The notes under the pieces were generated by a model. It made no database searches. It was not told where the DNA came from and saw nothing but the letters and a program-made list of their open reading frames with translations. Shown here piece by piece: positions 54,043 to 64,000 of a stretch of DNA of 64,000 bases. Origin of the DNA: Epiperipatus broadwayi (Eukaryota; Animalia; Onychophora). The stretch lies in NCBI GenBank assembly GCA_028023455.1, contig JAQFVV010000008.1, positions 7,626,001 through 7,690,000 on the forward strand, given 5' to 3'. Numbering within the stretch: the first letter of the stretch is position 1; every line of letters starts with the position of its first letter. Made by a program: the position numbers and the translations under genes.

Positions 54043-55134
54043 GGTAATTATAACGTAATCGGGCTTGGCCATTTGATGGCGTTGTTGGCAGTCAAAAACA
54101 ATACAATACAATGTTCAGGGCCGCGTTATATTTTTAAATCGAATTGCTATTTTTTTTTTTTTGGTTATTAATTTATTGATTGCTATAACTTTTTTTCCAT
54201 GCCTTTTTATTAAAAAAGTTGTTTAATTTTAATTTTGTATTTAGTAAACGACAACCTTTTTTTTTATTTTTAAATCGCTGTTTTTGGACAAAGCTGCTAC
54301 TCTGCGATGTCTTTCGCTTAATTATTGGTAAACGACAATCTTTTTTTTTATTTTTAAATCGCTGTTTTTGGACAAAGCTGCTACTCTGTTATTGCTTTCT
54401 ACATAACAAAACAACTGTGTAGGTTTAGGGTTAGTGTTCTGTTGTTTGTAATGCTAAAATAAAAAATATCAAAATTGTAACAGTAGTCGGACAAAAGAAA
54501 GAAACTCAAACTTTTTTAAACAACAACAAACATATAAATGTCTTATTTACTTATTTAACATGTTTATAATATGTGCTTTCTATGAAATTTACAAAAAATC
54601 GTGTATATTTTTATTGGACAGCAGAAATACTCGGCTTCTGTTGTCAGCAACTGCGGAAAAAGTTGATCGCCATCCATTTTATCAACTACGTGGTATTTCA
54701 CGTGAAAACGAGATTTCGCACGCGATATCGGCTGAATTCTTTTTTACCTACCCCCGGCAAGCGTTTACACCTTACACATTCTCTAAACAAGGGTGTGGCC
54801 GTTTAGAAAATTACTATAAATTCATGTTTATTAAATAAATTATAAATACAAATATTGTATAACGTATATTGTAAAAATTTGACTAATCTAACTAAACACA
54901 CATATATATCAAACTGTAAACGAAAGATAAGTGTGTGGATTCACAATATCTGTCGCGAAGCAGAAATAGGCCGTATTATTTCTGCGTTACGCATCATAAA
55001 CGGCCTTCTAATGGCTAAGACAAACATAGATGTTTTCTATAGCCGTAAGTCAGGCCTTGTAAACGGCATTTGTTAGGTGTTTTGGCGAGCCAGAACGCCA
55101 GCAAGTGGCCAAGCCCGATTACGTTATAAGTACC
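54043..55134. mobile_element. 1092-bp non-autonomous Merlin-type element
   Basis: ~40-bp TIRs GGTA(A/C)TTATAACGTAATCGGGCTTGGCCA, fitting the GGNRM Merlin terminus. Perfect 8-bp TSD AATAAAAC (54035-54042, 55135-55142). Internal repeat with period 84 at 54244-54388; CpG-rich. Confidence 0.88.
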
Positions 55135-56554
55135 AATAAAACATATAATGAAATATAATATATTCCTAATATAAATTTTGTGGTCACTTATAAACAAATA
55201 TTTTGTCTTTAATTATTCAAATATAATCGTTTACAAAACAAAATTGATTTTATTTTTCTCATTAATTTTATTATTATTGATATATTTTTGTCCAATTATT
55301 ATTGAAATAAAACACTTTTAAATGCTGAAAGTATGATTCAAATATATATGCAGTCATACACATACATTTATATCCTATTTCATTAAGAATTCTTTTAAGA
55401 TAAAATATTAATTTAATTGGGTTGAATTTTTTTGGTATAGTATGTGGACAATATATTTCATACATACATTTGGATGTTAGTTTAGTATGATTGAAGATTA
55501 TGGTATTTGCTTTGTAAATATAAATTTAATTAATTCTGTATATATATTTATGCAATTTCATTTTTCCATATGTATAATATTAGTCCTATTTATAGAGAGA
55601 GACCACTGTTAAATCATGAATATTTATATGATAGCAATGAATGTATAAAATTTGTATTATATATTTATATAAACCAGTCTAAGCAAACCTTTTTCCAATT
55701 TACCATCACAATATATATGCGACATTAGCAATTAGCTTCACATTATCACCTAAGAATCATCTATGCAGGCATGATTATTTAATGAATAATACACAATAGC
55801 ACTGAACTAATCCCAAGACTAATTTTTTGGAGTTTTCCTCAGTAAAACATACTTTTGTAATATAGCCATTTAACATCCTAAATTTTGATCTCAGCAAGCT
55901 TAGCCTTAACATTAGATCTGTCTTTATATATTTTAGTTTGAAAATAATAATTACTTTATTAAAGTTTAAAAAAATTATTGCTTTTTGTGTTGTTTTTTTT
56001 TAATCTTTTTTATTTAACTTTTTTTTGCAGTTTAATTTTTTTTTTTGTTTTTATTTATTTATTTAATTAATTAATTAATATATCCAAAAAATACAAGTAT
56101 AAAATAAAAATTTTATGTTTAATACATAAATGTTTGTCACATATACATAATAAATTTACTGTTTGTGAAACAAAATTTACTACTTTTTATTGACAGCAAC
56201 CAGTGAATGGTAGCATATCAATATATTTATGTGTAATATGTCTTCTTTTCTTTGCCAAATTGTGTATCTAAACCTTGATATGGTATATATGATACTAAAT
56301 TTATCCATTAATTCATCTATAATATAGAAACATAAAAAAGTATGAATTTTCAAATCAAGAAATAAATTTCTAGTTAAAGTATAACTTAAATAATTCAAAA
56401 TGTTATGGATATAACTAATGCATTAGATATGAAAGTAGTGATCAAAATGATTTGTTATTTATCAAAATTTATTAATATATCTTTTTGTTAATGATACATG
56501 TATTTTTTAATGAATTATTTTAAAAATAGAAAATTTAAATGTTTACAAATTTAG

Positions 56555-56740
56555 GTTCGTATAGATCATAGAACAAGAACTCTGTCTTTTGGAACTGATT
56601 TGGGAGTTGGTCAAAGAGAAGATGTTCCTGAAGGACCTTATCTGCAAAGTATGCCTAGTGAACAGATTAGAAATCAATTGATACAAATGTCTGCTGCTTT
56701 GCATAAAACTGTTGACCTCATTCAACCAGCTATGAGAAAA
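56555..56740 (+). CDS. eIF3a: eIF3a coding exon ([62 protein letters not shown])
   Basis: ttag|GTT ... AAA|gtatgt; 186 nt; VRIDH...LSFG and [13 protein letters not shown] motifs. Confidence 0.97.
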
Positions 56741-57699
56741 GTATGTCCATATCTTTTTTTTTTTAAGTAATATTGTATACAAATATTAAAAATGGTGAAA
56801 ATATATCAAGAATTAATTTCTTCAAATTTATATTTGCTACTACGATAATTTAACAAAATTGAAAATAAATTGATTGTAACTTTTAAAAAAATAATTAGAA
56901 ATTTATTTAATTTTAATTCATTAAATATGTCATTGTGTTGAGACAGTTATATTGACTGTGTTATAATTACATCAGTTAAATTAATATAGTAAAGAAATGT
57001 GTATTTTTTAGAAGGTTGGAAGATAAAAAAGATTCTTTAAGAATGCCACTGATGCTATAAAATTTATGAAAAATTATTTTTTGATATCGTTAAGGTTATT
57101 AAATATAATTATGTACACACAATAATAATGTTATCAAAGTCTGCTTTTTAAATTAAAAGTTGTGCCATGTTACAGATGGGAATACAATTAATATCTATTG
57201 ATATTTATTTCAGCAAATAATACTTCTAGCATCAATATTTAATATTCTTTATATCCAGCGACATTATTTATATTGTGCAAGATAATAGCATTGATCTTTA
57301 AATACTTCCCAACAATTTAACCAAATTATCAATATGCTAATTATATAGATTCAAAAGTATTTCATAATTATATTTTATTATTATGAATTATTTAAAGTTT
57401 TGGCAAAAGGAGAGCAAACAAAATAATTTATTATATTAGGCAGATAAGAAAATTCTGCTAATTACTATATAGTGTCTTGAAGTAAATTAGAATAACTCTC
57501 CTAGCTTATTAGGAATAAACAAATGTATGTGGTTGTTTGGGATGCGTGGTCATGCTTTTTATATTAAAGAGAACCAAAGTTCCCTGTTGGTATTTCCTTA
57601 ATATCACAGTTGATATCTTATTAAATAAATTTCTTTATTGTTTTTTATTTTATTATTTTGTTTTTTTTATGTTTTTATATTTATATATACATTTTGTAG

Positions 57700-57837
57700 G
57701 CTGAACAAGATACTCTGCGGACTCAAGTAATATCTGCTTATCGCTCTAGTGCCAAAAAAGAACATCAACGTATTCTCATCAGAAGGCAAATAATTGAAGA
57801 ACGAAAGGAAATGCTAGAAAATCTAAATGTTCAAAGG
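57700..57837 (+). CDS. eIF3a: eIF3a coding exon ([46 protein letters not shown])
   Basis: tgtag|GCT ... AGG|gtaaac; 138 nt; KEHQRIL.RRQ.IEERKE motif. Confidence 0.95.
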
Positions 57838-59604
57838 GTAAACCTGCTTTTATATTTATGATTTTAGTTTATTAAAATCGTTTGATGAAATTAATGCATA
57901 AAATTCTCTTTATGCATGTGTATATAAATATTTATACACAGATTCATTTATATATATCTATTAAATGTATTCCAGAAGTTTATTATAAGAAACTTAAGTT
58001 ATTTTGCCATATTATTTACATGCTTAATAATGTTAAACTACACCATGATTTACTATATAGTCTTATGAGTGATATTTATATTGAAGTTTTGTTCATCATA
58101 TTGAAATAGTTGGCTCAATAGTCAGCTTATCAGTATTGTAAGCTATGAAACAATTGTTATGAATGGATTGTGTAGCTGAATATTTTAATGTGATGCCAAA
58201 ATTGCTAAGTAATCTTATTGACTGTTTGATTGGGTGAATTGATAATGTTATTTGAATAATTAATTTATATGCCATTATTATATATATATATATAAGCTCG
58301 CACATCAATCAAAACAATAAATATCAAATTTATTATAAAGAATAATTTTTAAAAAAAATTATGTGTAATCACCTTTGACAAAAATGATTCAAATAAAACA
58401 ATACATGATTGCTTGTTTTCAATATCTAACAGGGTTAATAATTTACTATTTACTTGAGAGCTATTGTATTTTAAGTTAGAGGAATTAATGAACTCTATAT
58501 AGTACTGACAAACTAAATTTTATCAAGTTGTCTTGGATCCAAAACCTCTGGGTGTTTACATCTCAAGTTATTAACTTGCAAATTATAAAACAAGGAAAAA
58601 TAGTTGCTAATATGTGTAATGCAAATATAGTAGTTCTCATTGATGAAGACCAATATCTAAAGTATTCTATCAATTTGATTGTGGCACTATTATTGTAATT
58701 ACTATTTTACTCATTGATTAGAATTTGCAGCTTTTGTTACTGAGATGAAACATGTAGTAGTATTGTGTTTACATTAATTTTTTTGGAAAACTTTTTTAAA
58801 TGAAGTAAAAGTGTGTCTTACTTTGGTTTTTTAAAATAATACTGACATAGACTGAAATGTATTGAATAATAATATGCTAACATGAAGTATATGTAATATA
58901 TCAGAAAGAAAAGATTATAATCATTAACAATGTTCGATGTTCTTTTTTATTTGATTTTTTAAAAAAACTGAATATTTGGTGAATAGGTTGTCAGCATTAA
59001 AATTTTCTATAATGATTAACAGAATCTATATTAATGTTTCATTTTGTAGAAAGATAAAGATGTATTAAATCAGTAGATATATTTGAAATGAAGCAAAGCA
59101 AGATTGCTAACTTTTGCTGAAAATATGGTATAGACAAAGTAAACTGTGTTGAATATAGGATATTTTCTCTGATACCACTATTTGATAAATCTGTCATTAT
59201 ATCTGCTATTGTGACATATAAAATAATTTTATTTCCAGAGAATTTTCTAAAATGGTACTAAAATATATGTAAAAGATTGTTAATAGAAACTTTGCAAATA
59301 TATCTTTTATATCTGTTAAATGAATATAATAAAAAGTTTTAATCAAAAAAACAAACAAACTATTATTGCAATTGTGGAGGTTATAGCACGAGTAATTAAA
59401 ATAATTAGAAATTGTGTTATATTTTGTGCGATTCAGTTATGTTTTAGAGGAGTGTTTAAAACAACTTTACTAGATTGTAATGTGAATGTATACTTATGTA
59501 TATTTAATGTATTTTTTAATTTTTAAAAACGTTTATTAATAAATATGAAAAAATTTTACAATACAAAAAGTGATTTGTATTAATAAAATATTTTTATCTT
59601 TTAG

Positions 59605-59814
59605 GAACAAGAAGAACAAAAGTTATTGGAAGAACAAAAACGTAAAATTTATGAAGCAGAGAAATTACGTTTAGAAAGAGAGGCTGAAGAAAGAGATCGT
59701 CTTAGACGACAAGAAGAGCATGAAAAAATACAAAAAATGCAAATTCAAGAACGTATTGAACAATTAATTAAATCTGGTCTTGGCCCTAAAATATTTAAAG
59801 ATTTAGATGAAGAG
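59605..59814 (+). CDS. eIF3a: eIF3a coding exon, charged helical region (EQEEQKLLEEQKRKIYEAEKLRLERE...LGPKIFKDLDEE); gene continues beyond the window
   Basis: tttag|GAA ... GAG|gtaaat; 210 nt; overlaps supplied ORF 59626..59862. Confidence 0.94.
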
Positions 59815-60781
59815 GTAAATAATGTGGTAGTGAGTTTTTTGATTTTAAGTGCACATACATAGTCACTCAAGAAACTATGACTTTTTATTATGGTTTAAAA
59901 AATATATGTCAATCGTGTCATTTGAACTACAAATAATTTACAATTTGAAAAATGATCTAGTATTTTATTCAAAATAGTTCTGCAGAAAAGAAGATAAAAT
60001 AGAATTGAAAAGTAGTAACACAATTTAAATAAATATTTCTAATAAAATATATGTTGAAATAATCAGCTGAAGTAATAGAATCCTCTGACATAGATGTTTT
60101 ATAAAATGAATGGATATTATAATAGTTAGAAAAAAAACCATTCAATTTAAATTAAACTAGATAATTTATAGTAATGCATAGTTTTTTTAAACTATATTTT
60201 ATTTTTGATAATCCTTCATAAAGTGAGTCTAGATCTTTTTATTTTTATCATATCTTTTAATGGTTTGTTTTATTTTATTTTTTGAAAAATATACTTATCA
60301 CTGGCAATGTTATAGAGATATTTTGTATTGGTAAACAGTCACATCTGTAACAAGATATTATTTCTGATTGTGCATAAATATTTGTAAATTTGTCTTATTA
60401 TGAAAATACAAATAAATAAATAATATTGAAAGATGGCTCTTTCAGATCAGAATATGCTTCCCAGGAATGACTTAAAAATATATTCATATTTTTACTAGCA
60501 TTTATTATGTAGCATTGAATTGAAGACTTTTTATTATTAATATTTTGATATTGTTATTATCTAAGGCAAAAAAAAGAAACTGCAAATATAGGATCAATCA
60601 CCATTTAATCTTGGAATTATGGTAAATTGAATCCAAACATACCAGATATAGTAATATTAGAAGAATAGAAAAATATCTTGATTTCAACATAAAATAGGCC
60701 TATGATAAGCAGACATACAATATGCTATTTTTAATTTAATTGTAAAAATTATCTAATTCTGAAATGCGTTTGATCATTAAG

Positions 60782-61663
60782 AATCATCATTATCAATCCA
60801 CTGCAGGATGGTTTCTCCAAGTTCAATCCATCTCCGATCTTTAGCTTCTCCACATCACCCTTGCACACTTTCTTATTTCATCCATCCATCTCACATGTGG
60901 TCTCTTTCTGGGTCTTTTACAATCTCTTGAAATCCAGTTTAAGATTTCAATTCTTCGTCTATTATCATCTCTTCTAACAATATATCCAGCCCAACTTCAC
61001 TTCGGTCTTTTGATTTTTTCAATGAGGTCAGTAACTGTTTGTTTTCTTACCCATATATTGTGTTTTCAATCTCTTCTTGTTACTCCCAACCTGCATTTCT
61101 CCATACTTCTTTGAGTGGTCTGAAGTCTCTGTATTGCTCTTCTATTAAGTGTCCAAGTCTCATATTCATAAGTAAGAACTGATATAACACATTTATTAAA
61201 AACCTTCCTTTTCAAACACATAGGCATATTTCCTTTTAGTATCAAGTTATTTTTATCAAAAGCATTCCAACCAAATTTAATTCTATGATTAATTTCATCC
61301 ATTATGTTTCCATCTATATTAATAATCTGACCAAGGTATTTGTAGCTGTTGACTTCTTCTAACTTATCATAATCAATCTTTATTTTCATATTTTGAGAAA
61401 ATCCATTAAACATTACTTTAGTCTTTTTAACATTTATCTTTAGTCCTACTTTCATCTGATAACTCCTACAACATTTCCTGCAGGTCTAAAGCATTATTTT
61501 CAAAAACAAATACATCATCTGCAAAATCTAAATTACTTAAATAATCTCCATTTATTTTCACTCCTTTAGCTTCCCATTTTAATCCACAAAATACTTCTTG
61601 CAGCACTGCTCTAAAAAGTTATGGAGATATGGAATCACCTTTTTTTACATCCTTTTCAATGTT
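60782..61663 (-). mobile_element. 5'-truncated RTE-clade LINE, same family as 9418-12566
   Basis: Supplied ORF 61066..61455 is nearly identical to 9763..10086; same 3' end (cagtggattgataatgatgat). Confidence 0.95.
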
Positions 61664-63336
61664 GTAAGACATATATATATATAGTTCATTTCTATATCAA
61701 AGGGTATATTTTTTCAAATTATTAGATAACTTGGATTTGGAATTAAATTGCATATTTTTCAGTTAGTATGAATAAATTCAAATTTATTAAAGTAAATCTG
61801 GAAGTATGTGTCTAATAAGGAAATGGAAACTATAATAGCTGGTTTAACCATTACCTTTTTCGGCAGCCATATTAGATTTTGGAAACTTTGATTTAATACA
61901 TTTTGTTTATGATATGCAGAAATCAAATGCTGTATATTATCAGAAAAGTAATATACCATAGAATGTGTTTCTTTATAAATATTAAATTTTAACAGATAAA
62001 TTTTAAAATTTATATTTTTATTAACAGGTGATTATATTCCTCACAAAATTTCCAATAAAATGGTGTATAATATGACTTACTTGAGACAGTCAATTATTCC
62101 AAAACATCAAAAAATAGAGACATTGATATCCTTCATTTTTTCCTAGAAATCCCATAGCTATTCCTTTCTTATAGTTACCTGTATAATGAATGAAGAGAAA
62201 GTGATAGAGAAGAATCGGTCTAAAATAGTCTAGGTTGTAAATGACTCTTACAGTACATGTGTAACTAAACAGAAAAAGGGTTTAGTTGTAATGCAGTGTA
62301 GAATATTAATAATGTTAGTTTTATTGTCTGACTTATTTTTCATCAAGTGAGAAAAATTTTACTATTAGATAGAATTCATCTAAAATAGAAAATCAAGTGA
62401 TCACTGTAAAATGATTGCTTACAAGTAATTAAATGTTATTATAACTATGCAGTAACAGAATAAACATAGATATAAAAATGTTGATGTAACATCCATTAGA
62501 ACTATTCATGATTTCTCATCTGATCACAAAGTAAAGCATCAACACAGAAAGATGTTGCAAGAACTCATATATCAGTCAACACTCTTGAATAAAACTAAAG
62601 TGGAGTTTAAAGAAGTGCATTGTCTATTCCATTTGATAAGCAATAAAGCAGTCCCTCTGAACACTTCTGTTGTGTGTCCAATCATCACTTCATAGCAAAA
62701 AAACTTACGTGCCTTTTTTTAAGACAGATAACACAGCACTTTCTTTTTGAATATTTTGAAACTACTAAGAGCACAACTTGGATAACCAGATGTCAGAAGT
62801 TATATTTTTATATATAAAAAACTCCATATGGCAAACATGTCCATTACAGCTATTTGAACCCAATTTATAATGGCAGTCTACCAAGAGCCATCTTTTGAAA
62901 TCTCATTTTACTGTTTTTGAGTGATTGTATTATTTCATGCTACTATATTCGATAAATTTCATAATAGTTTTATTGACTACCACATCTGTGTGAAGCAATG
63001 GTCGTGTGTGTGTGTATATATATAATGATGAACACATATATAATTGATTAAATTTTATCACAATTTTTACTTTTAATATTTGACTTTTTTTTATTAGCGT
63101 TTTAAGAAAAAATGTGAAAAGAATCATAACTTCTGAAAAAGTTGTTTTTGTTTTGATCAAAATCCAGATATCTTCTATATATATATACAGATGATCTACA
63201 AGAAATACCTATTATCATAACAAAAACACACTAATTGACTAAAATTTCCAATCTGGAAATTTTCTTCTACTTGTTAATATCACAAATCATTTTTTTAATC
63301 TATTTTTTTATAAAATAATTGAAAAAGGTATAAATA

Positions 63337-64000
63337 CTGTGACAGTCAGATGATGTATGTTGATTTAACCCAGTTCGAATACTAGGCAAAAGTACCTCGA
63401 GGCCACCCATATGCGAGATATTAAACCAAGAATACTATGACCTCTGCCCTATTCGTCTAGTCTCGAAGCTATCATGAACCGAACAACACTATCTGAGACA
63501 CGCATAGATATTTTCTTACCGAGCCACGAGCTTAGCATCAGCGGGAGACATGGACAGAACCACCTACGGAGCTAAATAGTTAAATGTGCAAAAATACTTA
63601 GAAATATGTGTTTTGCGTGCCTGGATCATTTAAAAGTAAAACAAAGCATTGAAAGATAACTAGCAAACTCAAGCTTTTTAGTTAAATAAATATCTTTAAT
63701 AAATGACATTTGAAATATTATTAATAATTTAATGGCCTTCGCTATTCCCCGAAATTAATGAATAACTAATGAGACAATGAAAACCAGATTAATATGCTTG
63801 CGGTCTAAATCTTTCCTTCCCAGTTTTATTAAACATTGTCAACTCGAATCTGCTCGATAAAGTGCAATAATAAAAATCTTTCGCAAAGCAGTTTCTAATT
63901 GCTTTGCGCTAAAACAGAGTTTAAAATGATTTAAGATGTATATCGCTAAATCTGACATATGTAAGAAGCTAATGGCGGACAAAAGAAGCGTTATCGAGGA
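63337..64000. mobile_element. CpG-rich young element edge, possibly an LTR and leader
   Basis: Abrupt switch to CpG-rich sequence starting TGTGAC; AATAAA motifs near 63685-63705; an ORF start ATGGCGGACAAA at 63972 runs off the window. No PBS, PPT or second LTR visible. Confidence 0.4.

Noticed and set aside
54219-55197. Several 60-92-aa ORFs inside the Merlin-type element
   Set aside because: Short, overlapping and without transposase motifs; expected by chance in GC-richer repeat DNA.
28037-59604. Intronic H/ACA or C/D snoRNA (human EIF3A hosts SNORA19)
   Set aside because: No convincing two-hairpin H/ACA layout or C/D box pair with a terminal stem was seen by eye. GCACA/TGTGCT at about 35554-35570 is only a short hairpin. 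An Infernal scan would be needed to exclude one.

Overview
AT-rich, CpG-poor invertebrate genomic DNA. The window lies almost entirely inside one + strand gene, eIF3a (translation initiation factor 3 subunit A). Nine GT-AG coding exons are found between 27846 and 59814. They join in one frame and correspond to roughly residues 17-660 of a vertebrate/chelicerate-type eIF3a. The conserved first coding exon (MPxYFQRPENALKRAN) was not found by eye, and the 3' exons lie beyond the window. The introns are filled with mobile elements: several RTE-clade LINEs of different ages, a hAT element with an 8-bp TSD and a nested hAT MITE, a Tc1/mariner-type MITE, and a Merlin-type MITE plus a Merlin-like transposase fragment. 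The most unusual signal is a set of small non-coding retroelements carrying minimal type I hammerhead ribozyme (HHR) motifs. (i) A tRNA-headed SINE with an intact-looking HHR core at 53382-53654. (ii) A ~435-bp palindrome of the same family whose loop is exactly the HHR core, at 5074-5508. (iii) A head-to-head array of a second ~434-450-bp HHR monomer at 1606-2726. (iv) A possible third, decayed family near 28.9-29.5 kb. eIF3a exon 2 and the core of exon 3 also have much higher GC at synonymous positions than the other exons, and both contain hairpins. All calls are from reading the sequence by eye; no searches or folding programs were run.
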